Shown one piece after another: positions 18,805 through 28,825 of a stretch of 64,000 nucleotides of DNA. Below the pieces are notes generated by a model. It saw nothing but the letters and a program-made list of their open reading frames with translations. It was not told the DNA's origin and did no database searches. The DNA is from an uncultured delta proteobacterium (lineage in GTDB: Bacteria; Desulfobacterota; Binatia; UBA9968). The stretch lies in assembly GCA_963737905.1 (NCBI GenBank), contig CAVTUQ010000025.1, positions 224,001 through 288,000 on the forward strand, read 5' to 3'. A program made the position numbers and the translations under genes. The number at the start of each line of letters is the position of its first letter. Position 1 is the first letter of the stretch.

Positions 18805-19917
18805 CTATTTCGGTTTACCCTGCGCCAATACTTCGTCGACGAGCTTCCGTAAAGGCTTTACGTCTTCGTATTGGGGTAGGCTCGAGAGAAGATACTTGCC
18901 CCCTTCTTTCGGGACCTGCTCATCCTTGTAGGGAATAATATCCTTAGGGATATCCGTCCGAAAGGAGTTTCTGCCAGTTAATTTCTGCCATATCATTTGG
19001 CCGTCACGCGACAAGAACCAGTTCAAGTAGACCTGGGTAGCGTTGGGATGGGGAGCGTTTTTGAAAGCGATGATGTGCCCGGAGCCCGTGCTGATCGTGT
19101 CGCCTTCTTTTTCACTGAAAATCTGTACCACCGGCAAGCCCTGTTTGCGTGCGTTTTCCGTGTTCTCCAGTTTCGCCAGCACGTGCATGTGATATTTGCC
19201 CGAGCCGACCCAGTCCATCATTTGGTGCTCGTTCTCTGCGAAAGTGACTTGTGTCTCGGTCAGAAGCCGTCTAATGAACTTCGGGCCGAGATCAGGACTG
19301 TAATAGATGAATCGCCAGTTGCCGATGTTGCCGGCGGAGTCCGGGTCCGTCATGACGATCTTGCCTCTATACTTGGCCGCAAGCAGGTCCCACCAGGACT
19401 GAATTTCGCCAGGCTTGATGAAATTCGTATTGATCGCCCCGATACCCGACCCGGCGTCTCCCTGAGCCATAAAAACGTGCTGCCCTTCGGGATCGGAATA
19501 AAGGTGCTTCTTGGACCACCATTTCGTCTGATCCACGACTTCGGGAAGAATCAATAGCGGCGGAATCGGCTGCAAAAGTCCCGCCTTGTGATAGACCAAC
19601 ACCATGGTTCCACCGCCGCCAAGGCTAAGGTCGACGAGGTGTTTGCCCGCTCTTTTCTCCGCCATGACCTTCTTGGCCAGGTCGCTTCCCGATCCGCCGA
19701 CAAAATTGATTTTGATCTTCGGATAGGCGTCTTTGAAAGCAAGAATGGCTTTGCCGACTCCGGCGCGCGATTGCCCGTAGATAGTAACTTCGCCTTCCTT
19801 TTCAGCGGCGGCTACGGTCTTTTCCCAGTCCTGTTTCCAATCGCCGTGGACGGCAGCGGCAAGAGCACCGTTAAGGAACAGCGCTGTTAACAAACTTGTT
19901 TTCACTGAAGTTCTCAC
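18805..19917 (-). CDS. Extracellular solute-binding protein (Fe3+/polyamine-type cluster)
   Basis: Signal peptide; AAEKEGEVTIY, KNAPHPNATQVYLNWFLSRDGQ. Confidence 0.85.
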   Translation of the reverse strand: MRTSVKTSLLTALFLNGALAAAVHGDWKQDWEKTVAAAEKEGEVTIYGQSRAGVGKAILAFKDAYPKIKINFVGGSGSDLAKKVMAEKRAGKHLVDLSLGGGGTMVLVYHKAGLLQPIPPLLILPEVVDQTKWWSKKHLYSDPEGQHVFMAQGDAGSGIGAINTNFIKPGEIQSWWDLLAAKYRGKIVMTDPDSAGNIGNWRFIYYSPDLGPKFIRRLLTETQVTFAENEHQMMDWVGSGKYHMHVLAKLENTENARKQGLPVVQIFSEKEGDTISTGSGHIIAFKNAPHPNATQVYLNWFLSRDGQMIWQKLTGRNSFRTDIPKDIIPYKDEQVPKEGGKYLLSSLPQYEDVKPLRKLVDEVLAQGKPK

Positions 19918-20268
19918 GCGACACCCCCTGGAAACGTCTTAGAGTAAAAAACTATTCCCATACGGCCACGGGTGAACCTTAATCCTTCTCATGAAGAGAA
20001 ACAATGAACCGACCCCTGGAACACGACCTCAAGGTATTAGCAGCAGTGTAACGGTTTGCGAATTTGGGTACGGGGGATCAAATATGCTTTTTTAGGTAGG
20101 TTGACTTCAAGGTCGGAAAGCTGTCCTGATTTGAACGGAATCAAAGACGCCTTCACTGTTCGATGGGAAGTCGCCGAGCAGGTTCCTATGAAGCCTTTTA
20201 GGAAGATAAGGCGGCAGGTTTTCTCTCGCACAATCGTTAGGGCAATTAGCGAGGCTTGAACACAGGCG

Positions 20269-20850
20269 CTAGATTTTTCCCTGAGACCTCAGATACTCGA
20301 TTCGCTCTCTCACAATTTCTCCCAAGTCCAAGGTGGGTAAACCATCCGGGAGCGGAAGCGATTCTGCTCCAAGTTGCGAGAGCTTCTCATTCAGGCCATG
20401 AAGACTAGAACGAACCCGCTCGTAGTCTTCGAGGTACTGCCGACATGCTAAAATATTTTCGTCGATTTCCTCCAGACATTTGCACAATCTCCGGCTTTCT
20501 TGGGTGAATATCTGCCGCAGATGATCGACATTCGCCTGTATGATCTGCTCCTCCACAGGCCGTATTTGCTTGGCAATCTCGTTCTTCATGTCCTGTAGCG
20601 CTTGCAGCAACCGTTCGAATGATTCTTCCTCTCTCATGAGATCCTCCGGCATTTGTATTCTTGGCTCCTTCATCGCGATATAGTGCTTCGCGAGCGACTC
20701 TGACACTCTTTTTTGGACGATCGACAATGCCGCCTTGGTATCGCGGATTTTTTCCTCGATCCTGGTTTCATCTGCCAATAATTTTGCTAGCCTTTCGACC
20801 GCTGTCGACGCGGACACTATTCTATCCTCCCGATAATCACTCGACTCCAT
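20269..20850 (-). CDS. Hypothetical coiled-coil protein
   Basis: E/L/Q/K-rich heptad pattern over ~190 aa; start uncertain (20850 or 20877). Confidence 0.7.
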   Translation of the reverse strand: MESSDYREDRIVSASTAVERLAKLLADETRIEEKIRDTKAALSIVQKRVSESLAKHYIAMKEPRIQMPEDLMREEESFERLLQALQDMKNEIAKQIRPVEEQIIQANVDHLRQIFTQESRRLCKCLEEIDENILACRQYLEDYERVRSSLHGLNEKLSQLGAESLPLPDGLPTLDLGEIVRERIEYLRSQGKI

Positions 20851-21023
20851 AGTGTGCGGTTCCCTAGACCCAGACAAGACTTGTTTCTACCCAGTCCAAA
20901 TCCAAACTGCAAGCGGCCATGGTGAAGTTGCTTTTAACACGCAACCCACTGCCAGCCAATCGGTTCGCTAAATCTTCCCGTCCTCGGAAAAACGGTGCCG
21001 GGAAGAGCATGACGATATGAAAA

Positions 21024-21102
21024 TTATCCACAGCTGTGCATAAGTCCAGTTTAATAATAAACATCAAGTTCTTACCTGAAAGACTCCACAGACTTATGAA
21101 CA
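21024..21102. promoter_or_regulatory. Cluster of DnaA-box-like 9-mers
   Basis: TTATCCACA 21024-32; inverted TTATGCACA 21035-43; TTATGAACA 21094-102; AT-rich spacer. Confidence 0.55.
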
Positions 21103-21152
21103 AATACAGAGTTTTCAGAGCGAAAATTTTCTTCATCCGCACGATTTTTTTC

Positions 21153-21181
21153 TTGACAATCCAAGAGGTCATGACTATGAA
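21153..21181 (+). promoter_or_regulatory. Putative sigma70 promoter for the ATPase-HAMP operon
   Basis: TTGACA-N17-TATGAA. Confidence 0.4.
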
Positions 21182-21318
21182 ATGCTCCTTGCGCCCCCTG
21201 CTGGGGAAACAATTTTCAGCTCGTACGACAACAAAAAATTTACCGCTGTCGCGGAATTCAGAGAGGCGTTCACAAAAAGCGTACGGCCAATAGTCGTTCC
21301 AATAAGGAGGACAGACAA

Positions 21319-22602
21319 ATGATCGAACTTCTTAGATCGCAAGAAGATGAAGGAACGTTTGAAAGTTATTTTGGGTTTCGCGAAACGCCATTTGGTGTGA
21401 CGCCGGACCCCCGCTTCTTCTACAGCCATCCACTCTATCTGGAAGGATTGGCGGCGCTGGTTTACGGAATCAAAGCCAAGAAGGGGCTGATGATGCTCAC
21501 GGGTGAAGTGGGAACAGGTAAGACGATCCTCCTGCGTAAGCTGATGCGTCAGCTCGAAACAACCGTCCAATTCGTCTTCATCTCCAGTAGTCATATTACT
21601 TCTTACGGGTTGGTCGAACTCATGATCCAAGACCTTGGCCTGGCTAACAGGGAAAAAAATAGGACAGAAATGATTCACGAACTCAATGATCACCTGCTGC
21701 AGCAACTCAAAAAAGGTCAAACGGTGGCCTTGCTGATCGACGAAGGCCAAAACTTAAGCGATGATGCACTCCAAGGGCTGTGCAGTCTCTCGAATTTAGA
21801 AACCGAAGAGGAAAAACTGCTCCAGATCGTCCTAGTAGGACAACCGGAATTAGCGACCCGATTGAGTAAATCCTCCTTTCGGCGAATCAAGCAACGGATT
21901 GCTATTCACCACCGACTCTACTCGCTGCAAACGATCGGGGAGGTAGAAGATTATATTCGTCACCGCCTTCGGATAGTGGGTTACGAAGGCCCAGAGATTT
22001 TCAATAGAGAAGCGATCGAAGCCGTTTGGTATTATTCCGCGGGAACGCCGCGGTTAATCAATATCGTCTGCGATAGTGCGCTTGCGATGACCTGTCAGAG
22101 TTTCAAAAAGAAGGTCTCTGCCTACATGGTCATGAAGGCCGCCAGCGCTCTCCTTTTGGAGCGGGGGCACGAAGCCTCCAAGCTCGGAGGGCCGGACGTT
22201 GGCGTTCCCAGAGTCAAAACTCCGACAAGGATCCATCAGAAAAGGACGGAAGCCAATGGAACCACAATCCACACAGACGATACCCTTCAAAGACCCGTCG
22301 TTTATCTTCGCACCGCCGACCAGGTATCGGTATCTCAGAGGGAGGCGAAAAGCACCACCGTCTGCGCGCAATTTTTCGATTATATGGCTCGTATAGCCAC
22401 CGCAGCCATGGGACCCATGGCCCATCTGGTTCTCCGTGATCAAATTGCCGCGCTTGGCGAATCGCGGGATGCTTTTCCGCAAATGAAGCTCCGACAACTC
22501 ATCGACTTGGTTAGCCGGGAGATTTTGAATGAAACGATGAGAGATCGTTTTCAGGACATGATGCTCCAAGAGATGGACGCACTCCAGCCTCTGCATGGCT
22601 GA
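21319..22602 (+). CDS. ExeA/GspA-family AAA+ ATPase with extra C-terminal helical domain
   Basis: YFGFRETPFGVTPDPRFFY, GEVGTGKT (Walker A), LLIDEGQ (Walker B), LVGQPEL, GTPRLIN. Confidence 0.88.
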   Translation: MIELLRSQEDEGTFESYFGFRETPFGVTPDPRFFYSHPLYLEGLAALVYGIKAKKGLMMLTGEVGTGKTILLRKLMRQLETTVQFVFISSSHITSYGLVELMIQDLGLANREKNRTEMIHELNDHLLQQLKKGQTVALLIDEGQNLSDDALQGLCSLSNLETEEEKLLQIVLVGQPELATRLSKSSFRRIKQRIAIHHRLYSLQTIGEVEDYIRHRLRIVGYEGPEIFNREAIEAVWYYSAGTPRLINIVCDSALAMTCQSFKKKVSAYMVMKAASALLLERGHEASKLGGPDVGVPRVKTPTRIHQKRTEANGTTIHTDDTLQRPVVYLRTADQVSVSQREAKSTTVCAQFFDYMARIATAAMGPMAHLVLRDQIAALGESRDAFPQMKLRQLIDLVSREILNETMRDRFQDMMLQEMDALQPLHG

Positions 22603-22614
22603 CGAGGAGAAACA

Positions 22615-23367
22615 ATGGATCAAGAATCACGACGTGTCAGTCTTAAGTGGAAAATCGGTGGCACCTTTGCAGGCGTGATGTTACTCCTGGGACTTTTCGT
22701 GATGGTCGCAGTCTATCAGACCACAAAAAGCGCGCTGCAGGACCAACTCGATCAGCGAGTGCTGCTCATGGCCAACACTTTCAGCGCTGCCGCCGCGGGA
22801 CACATCGCGGGAGGAAATCTTTTAGCGCTTCATGCTCTCGCAAGAAAGTACACGCTTCTCGACGGCGTAGCGTTCGCTTTTATCGAAAACAGCAAAGGCG
22901 AGGTCATCGTCCATACCTTGGGAGATTTTCCTCCGGAACTCCAGCAACGGCTTCCGATCACGGAACAACGGCAGATCTACCGCCGAGAACTATCATTGGC
23001 AGGAAGAACCGTGGTCGCAGTCGGTATGCCTATTCTTGAGGGACAGTTAGGAACTGTGCATGTGGGATTCTGGGGAGATACTGTAGAAAAAGAGATCCAA
23101 CGCACCCTGCGGCCGCTGGTCGGAATCATGGCCATCGTGCCCTTGATCGGCGCGTTGGTCTCGTTTTTTTTGGCGCATTGGATTGTTCGACCCATCGTTG
23201 GCTTAACAGAAATCGCGGGCAAGGTGACCATGGGTGACCTCGAAACGTCGGTCAGTGAAAAATGTGTAAGATCGCGCGACGAGATTGGCGACCTGGCCCG
23301 TTCGCTGGAGCGCATGCGCTCCAGCCTGAAAGCGGCTATGTTGCGTCTAGGTCGGGAAATTGCGTGA
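22615..23367 (+). CDS. Membrane HAMP-domain protein without an output domain
   Basis: Two TM segments flanking a sensor region; IVRPIVGL...DEIGDLARSLERMRSSL; stops shortly after the HAMP domain. Confidence 0.85.
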   Translation: MDQESRRVSLKWKIGGTFAGVMLLLGLFVMVAVYQTTKSALQDQLDQRVLLMANTFSAAAAGHIAGGNLLALHALARKYTLLDGVAFAFIENSKGEVIVHTLGDFPPELQQRLPITEQRQIYRRELSLAGRTVVAVGMPILEGQLGTVHVGFWGDTVEKEIQRTLRPLVGIMAIVPLIGALVSFFLAHWIVRPIVGLTEIAGKVTMGDLETSVSEKCVRSRDEIGDLARSLERMRSSLKAAMLRLGREIA

Positions 23368-23403
23368 GCTACCCTTCGAGCCTCTATCTAGTCGCTGCCA
23401 GAG

Positions 23404-23739
23404 TTAGCTCTTCTTCTCGTTCAGCTGGCGCTTCCAACCCAGCGTTCTCGCCTGGGCACCGATATGTTCGGCCTCGGCGATCATTCCCTTTTGCTGGTAG
23501 AAAATCGACAAACTCGTGTAAGCCAACTCATCGTCGGGAGCGATCTCAATGAGTTTCTTTCCCACTTCAATCGCCTCGTCCAGTTTCTCCTGGTGCGCAT
23601 AGGTCATCGCCAAAGCGTGAAGGGCATCCACATAGTTGGGGTCCTCTTGGAGAGCTCGCTGATAGGCTGCGATAGCCTCGTCGAGCCTATCCTGGGTAAA
23701 AAGCTCCATCCCTTCGTTGTAGTGATCTTCCTTGTTCAC
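23404..23739 (-). CDS. TPR protein
   Basis: EAIAAYQRALQEDPNY, LDEAIEVGKKLIEIAPD; probable GTG start at 23739. Confidence 0.8.
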   Translation of the reverse strand: MNKEDHYNEGMELFTQDRLDEAIAAYQRALQEDPNYVDALHALAMTYAHQEKLDEAIEVGKKLIEIAPDDELAYTSLSIFYQQKGMIAEAEHIGAQARTLGWKRQLNEKKS

Positions 23740-23747
23740 AGCTTTTA

Positions 23748-24902
23748 CTAATTGGGTTTCGGATTTCCCGTGGGGGCGATGGCGCTTTGGGGGGCAATCG
23801 AAGGCTGTGGATTGGCTTGCTCGGGCCGACATTGTTGGAGCAGAAGTTTTTTCAGCATCACGGGATTGACGGGCTTTTTGAAGATGACGCCCTGCAGTCC
23901 CTCCAAACAGCTTCTCTTGATAATATGGTCTCTGTCGTAATTGAACGCGGTCATCAGGACCACCGGAAGATTGGGCATCTTCTTTTTTGACGCTTGATAT
24001 AATTCGTAGCCGTCCATGTCCGGCATCACCACGTCACTTAGCACAACATCGAAGTCCTGCCGGCCCAGCCATTCCATGGCGACAACCCCGGATGCAGCAG
24101 TCTCAATATTGCATCCTTCCTCTTCCAAAAGATCCTTGAGGGACTGACAGATTCCGGCGTCGTCATCGACCACCAGAATTCTTAGCCCGCTCAACGGATA
24201 GCGGCTATCCTGCTTCGAGCGCTCCAAGCATCTCTTGGCGCCATCCATATTAAGATCAGTCATCATTTTGCCGTTGAGGTATTCCTTAGTGTCGTACTCT
24301 CCCTCCTCAGCCATTTGCCCGATTCGGCCCGTGATGTCCTGGATCTTCTTTATCTGAGACGCAACGCACTCAAGACGCTCCGCTTCGACGACATAGTCTT
24401 CGTCGGTGGCGACCCGTCCAACATATTTCTGGAGCATCTCCAGCTGGTTAACCAGGACCTCCAACGAATTGTTGATCTCGTGGGACAACCCAATCGCGAA
24501 TTCGCAGAGTGTCGCTAGTTGGTCTCGCCGCCTGAGTTCGCGTATGTCTTTCGCAAAGCCGATGGAACCCGACTCTTTTCCATCATCGTCGTAAATAATG
24601 GATGCGGAGATCGCAACAGGAATTTTCTCGCCCTTTTTGGTTTTGAAAATAGTTTCAAAATTTCTGACACGTCCTTTGCCCTCGCCTTCATCGGCCCGCA
24701 TCTCCGCCATCACCCTGCGCGCTTCGTCAATATCAGGATACACCTCGAGGACGTTCTTTCCTAAAACCTCTTCCGCTGAAAAACCCAGGTTCTGTCTAGC
24801 GCCGTCGTTGTAGAAAGTAATGGTTCCCTGCCGATCAACGGCAATGATGATGTCCGGACAACTCTCGACGAGCTTCTGAAAGTATTGTGGGAGGAGCGAC
24901 AT
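23748..24902 (-). CDS. PAS-HisKA(DHp)-receiver protein
   Basis: PAS/PAC at N-terminus, LSHEINNSL H-box, ILVVDDD...SDVVMPDMDG receiver; no HATPase boxes. Confidence 0.85.
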   Translation of the reverse strand: MSLLPQYFQKLVESCPDIIIAVDRQGTITFYNDGARQNLGFSAEEVLGKNVLEVYPDIDEARRVMAEMRADEGEGKGRVRNFETIFKTKKGEKIPVAISASIIYDDDGKESGSIGFAKDIRELRRRDQLATLCEFAIGLSHEINNSLEVLVNQLEMLQKYVGRVATDEDYVVEAERLECVASQIKKIQDITGRIGQMAEEGEYDTKEYLNGKMMTDLNMDGAKRCLERSKQDSRYPLSGLRILVVDDDAGICQSLKDLLEEEGCNIETAASGVVAMEWLGRQDFDVVLSDVVMPDMDGYELYQASKKKMPNLPVVLMTAFNYDRDHIIKRSCLEGLQGVIFKKPVNPVMLKKLLLQQCRPEQANPQPSIAPQSAIAPTGNPKPN

Positions 24903-25019
24903 ATTGGACTTGACGCGTTGTAACATGATAAGTCGAACCTTTAGGCGAATGCAAGAGTCTGAGACGACATCATGTTAACGTGCCTTAAGCCCTAGGTCAT
25001 CCCAACAATCCCCGACTAG

Positions 25020-26858
25020 ATGCGCCCAACGAGAGACACTCGCCAGCTTACTTGGCTCCTAGCGTGGGCCGTCGTTTTCTGCGACATCGGGACTTCCGTC
25101 TATTACGTCCCCGGGATCCTCTACGGTCATGTCAAAAATGCAACTCCGTTTTTTGTCCTGCTGACCACCGGTGGGTTCGTTCTCCTCGCCCTCAAATACA
25201 TCGAAATCTCATGGCGCAATCCGGAAGGGGGCGGGGTGGTGACCATCACCACGAAAGCATGCGGCCCGATGTGGGGCTGCTTGGGCGGGATGCTCATTAC
25301 GGTAGATTATTTTCTTACCACGGCGATCTCCGCAGTTTCAGGCTTTCAATATATCGGCAGCGCCTTTCCCAGTCTCGACAACTACATCGTCATCCTCTCC
25401 TGTATCGGAGTCGGCATTCTAGCCGCGCTGAACATCATTGGCATCCGGGAAAGCGCCACCGCTGCCCTGATTATGGCATCGACGGCGTTTGTGGCCAATC
25501 TCATAGTCATCGGCGCCGCCTTCTTCACCATGAACGCCGAACAATGGCAGGCCGTCCTGAACAACCTCAGCATAGGAAGAGAAGTTTCGTCCTACGAACT
25601 TGTCGTCGGCTTCGGTGCCGCATGGCTAGCCTTCTCAGGGCTGGAAAGTATCAGCCAATTGAGCCCGGCCATGCGTTTGCCGTTGCGTCGTACGACGCGC
25701 TTCGCTATGACCGCCGTTATCATCACGATTCTCATCACCTCGCCGGTCCTCACTGCGTTGTCCGTTGGACTACTGCCGGATCAGGTCAAGGCAACCCAAA
25801 GCGAGCGCTTCATCTCCGAGCTAGGATGGATCATCGGCGGCCTCGGGCTGAAAATAGCTGTGGTACTGACGGCATCGAGCCTCCTCTTGTTCGCATCGAA
25901 CACGGCAATCATCGGTTCGTATCATGTTTTTCTGGCGCTCTCGCGGCAAGGTTTTCTGCCGAAAATCCTGGAGCTGCGCAATCGCGCCTTCAATACTCCC
26001 CACATTGCGGTTTTGATCGCTACCTCCGTCCCGGCGCTGCTCATTCTACTGACGAAGGGGCAGTTACTCCTTCTTGGAGACATGTATGCTTTCGGTCTGC
26101 TGGGCGCGTTTTTCTTCTCGTCGCTCAGTTTGGATCTCATTCGCTGGAGATTGGGGCGGCGGGATTTGGGCTTTTGGATCGGAGTGCTGACTACGCTCAT
26201 GGTTATGGTGGCGTGGGGCATTAATCTAGTCGAAAAACAACTCGCAACCTATTTCGGTGGTGCGGTCACACTCATCGGCATGCTCACCGCTATTGGAGTG
26301 CGCCGGGCATGGTTCGTCGATATGCTCGCCCGGATTCCGTTTATCCAGCGGCTTCAGGCCCGGGCCTATCGCGCATCCGAAAATCTGGTGGAAGATGAAC
26401 TCAAGGGACTCATGACCCTCGCCGAAGCCGTGGAGGTTAAACCCCTTTATTCCTCTTCGACGCTGTTAGCACTGCGCGATGAGAGTCCGCGGCTGATTCA
26501 GGAAGGGATTATCCGGGCGAAAGGCAAGGGAGAGTCCGCGCTGTATTGTATCTATGTCGAGGAGTGGCCCGGACTGTTCGCCGGAACGACGCCCCACGCG
26601 CCGAACGAAGAAGGCGTCGAGACGCTAAAAGCGGTCCTTCAAGCCGTGCGGGAAAGACAGATCGAAATAATCCCGATCTGGACGGTATCGCACAACGCAG
26701 CCGAAGCCATCGCCCATGCGGCGAAGGAGCTCGATGTCGACGCCGTAATTATCGGCGTCACACGCCGTTCGGCTTTTTATCACATGCTGCGGGGACACGT
26801 GGTGAAGGGGCTCATGAAAAGGCTACCCCGCGATTGCCACCTCATGATCTGTAATTAG
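25020..26858 (+). CDS. APC-family permease with C-terminal universal stress (USP) domain
   Basis: DIGTSVYY, PEGGG, AFSGLESISQ, many TM helices; C-terminal AEAIAHAAKELDVDAVIIG. Confidence 0.85.
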   Translation: MRPTRDTRQLTWLLAWAVVFCDIGTSVYYVPGILYGHVKNATPFFVLLTTGGFVLLALKYIEISWRNPEGGGVVTITTKACGPMWGCLGGMLITVDYFLTTAISAVSGFQYIGSAFPSLDNYIVILSCIGVGILAALNIIGIRESATAALIMASTAFVANLIVIGAAFFTMNAEQWQAVLNNLSIGREVSSYELVVGFGAAWLAFSGLESISQLSPAMRLPLRRTTRFAMTAVIITILITSPVLTALSVGLLPDQVKATQSERFISELGWIIGGLGLKIAVVLTASSLLLFASNTAIIGSYHVFLALSRQGFLPKILELRNRAFNTPHIAVLIATSVPALLILLTKGQLLLLGDMYAFGLLGAFFFSSLSLDLIRWRLGRRDLGFWIGVLTTLMVMVAWGINLVEKQLATYFGGAVTLIGMLTAIGVRRAWFVDMLARIPFIQRLQARAYRASENLVEDELKGLMTLAEAVEVKPLYSSSTLLALRDESPRLIQEGIIRAKGKGESALYCIYVEEWPGLFAGTTPHAPNEEGVETLKAVLQAVRERQIEIIPIWTVSHNAAEAIAHAAKELDVDAVIIGVTRRSAFYHMLRGHVVKGLMKRLPRDCHLMICN

Positions 26859-27022
26859 GCGTTCACAACAATGTAGCCATCCGGAATGGCAACTCAAACC
26901 TTCTTCGCTGGTCTGGGCGGATTCCTCAATCAGCCGATGCGCCTCCTCGATGCCGAGGAATCGATCGATCATTGAATGAGCCACGCTTCATTACATTCTC
27001 TATCGTGTTCGAAGCAAACTCG

Positions 27023-28756
27023 TTAGCTCACGGCCGCGGGCCGCGCATCGACGATTTTGAGATCGACGGTAGTCGTGCCGTTCCATTCGTTTTCGCTCAG
27101 TCGATAAGCCAGATCCACCGTCACGCCCGATGCCGCGAGAAAATCGTCGCCGGCTCCGAACGCCACTCCTCCGATCACGCGCCCGCCATGGCGAAAACGG
27201 AACCGTACGCCCGCGGAGAAGGGTTTGCGGTCGCAAACCTCGACCCTTTCCGTCATAAATAAAGGCTCAGGATTGCCGACTCCAAAGGGCTTCAGACATT
27301 CCAGCTCGCGTAACAATGGAAACCCGATTTCGGAAAAATTGAGAAGTGCGTCGACTTCAACCAACCGTAACAGATCCTCCGGCTGTAAGAATTCCCGGGC
27401 GACACTTTCGAAAGCTTCAGCAAAGAGCCCGAAGTTTGTTTCTTTGATCGATAGCCCGCCGGCGTGCTCATGCCCGCCAAATTTGTCCAAATGGTCTGCG
27501 CAACGACGAAAACCCTCGACCATATGGAAACCGCGGATGCTTCGGGCCGAGCCTTTCCCCTGTCCAGAGTCAAATCCAATGACCACGGTGGGCCGATAAA
27601 ATCTCTCCACGATCCGCGACGCAACGATACCCAAGACACCGGGGTGCCACCCCTCGCCGCCTAACACGAGGGAATGAGGCGCCCTGTCATCAAACCGGGC
27701 CTGCGCCTGCGTCAAGACCTGCTCCAACACCTCCGCTTCGATGGCGCGTCGCTCACGATTGTGCGCGTCCAACTCATGGGCGATGCGCTGAGCGATTTCA
27801 CTGGAATGGGTCGTTAACAATTCCACGACTTTAATCCCATAATCCACTCGTCCCGCAGCATTGATGCGCGGGCCCAGCTGAAATCCAACCTGTCCCGCAG
27901 TCACTTCGCCCGGCGCGATGTTGGCCACTTGTTTGAGCGCCACGACGCCGGGACGCGTGGAACCGCCCAGTTCCCAAAGGCCACGCCGGATCAAGGTTCG
28001 ATTGACGCCTTGCAGCGGCACCATGTCCGCTATGGTTCCCAAGGTAACGATGTCAAGGTAGCGACGGATGTCGGGATCCCCGGAACCCGTGAACCAACCT
28101 ATTTCACGCAATTTTGCGCGCAGGCCGATGACAAGATAAAACGCCAATCCCGCCGCACAAAGCCCCTTATCCGGAAACTGGCAATCCCGCCGGTGCGGAT
28201 TGATGACGGCCACCGCAGGAGGAAGCTCGTCTGGCGGCTGGTGGTGATCCACCACTACGACGTCGAGCCCAAAGCCTCGCGCCGCATCGATTTCATCGGC
28301 ATTTGAAATACCGCAATCAACCGTCACGACCAAACTAGCTCCACGCTGTCTGAGACGTCTCAGCCCTTCGATATTTAAACCATAGCCTTCCTCGATCCGA
28401 TGGGGAACGTGATAAATAGGCTCCGCTCCGATCTCTCTCAAGAACGAGACCAACACTGAGGCTCCGGTCGTGCCATCGACGTCGTAGTCCCCCCAAATCC
28501 CGATGAGTTGTTGCTGCTTGATTGCATGGACGATACGTTCCACCGCCGGTTCCATATCGGTCATGGTAAAGGGAGACGGCAGATCGGAGCGAAGGCTCGA
28601 AGTGAGATAGCGCTTGGCGGAGTCTGGGTCAGCGAGCCCCCGCAAAACCAACAGGCGTGCCAATAGAGGAGACAATTTAAGCTGTTCGGATTGGCGCGCG
28701 ACGATTCCTTCATCGGCTCTTTTGAGGATCCAACGTTTGGAAAGATCGCTTGGCAT
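27023..28756 (-). CDS. recJ: Single-stranded-DNA-specific exonuclease RecJ
   Basis: GDYDVDG, TVDCG, DHH, GTIAD, PRINAAGR, GSARS, GGH. Confidence 0.95.
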   Translation of the reverse strand: MPSDLSKRWILKRADEGIVARQSEQLKLSPLLARLLVLRGLADPDSAKRYLTSSLRSDLPSPFTMTDMEPAVERIVHAIKQQQLIGIWGDYDVDGTTGASVLVSFLREIGAEPIYHVPHRIEEGYGLNIEGLRRLRQRGASLVVTVDCGISNADEIDAARGFGLDVVVVDHHQPPDELPPAVAVINPHRRDCQFPDKGLCAAGLAFYLVIGLRAKLREIGWFTGSGDPDIRRYLDIVTLGTIADMVPLQGVNRTLIRRGLWELGGSTRPGVVALKQVANIAPGEVTAGQVGFQLGPRINAAGRVDYGIKVVELLTTHSSEIAQRIAHELDAHNRERRAIEAEVLEQVLTQAQARFDDRAPHSLVLGGEGWHPGVLGIVASRIVERFYRPTVVIGFDSGQGKGSARSIRGFHMVEGFRRCADHLDKFGGHEHAGGLSIKETNFGLFAEAFESVAREFLQPEDLLRLVEVDALLNFSEIGFPLLRELECLKPFGVGNPEPLFMTERVEVCDRKPFSAGVRFRFRHGGRVIGGVAFGAGDDFLAASGVTVDLAYRLSENEWNGTTTVDLKIVDARPAAVS

Positions 28757-28825
28757 CGAATTAAAGCCGGGGTGAGAGATCGGAAGTCAGACGTTAGAGG
28801 GAGGTTCTCTGGTAAACGTTCGTTG

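Noticed and set aside
19920-20265. Long intergenic stretch with short ORFs
   Set aside because: No recognisable protein motif, RNA family or convincing repeat.
24905-24950. Possible dif (XerCD) site
   Set aside because: Half-site spacing does not fit the 11-6-11 consensus.
25052-26224. 390-aa alternate-frame ORF inside the APC permease
   Set aside because: Arg/His/Pro-rich composition typical of off-frame GC-rich coding DNA; no motifs.
26860-27020. Short coding-looking fragment downstream of recJ (MIDRFLGIEEAHRLIEE)
   Set aside because: Too short to assign, and it runs antisense into the permease; possibly a remnant but unsupported.
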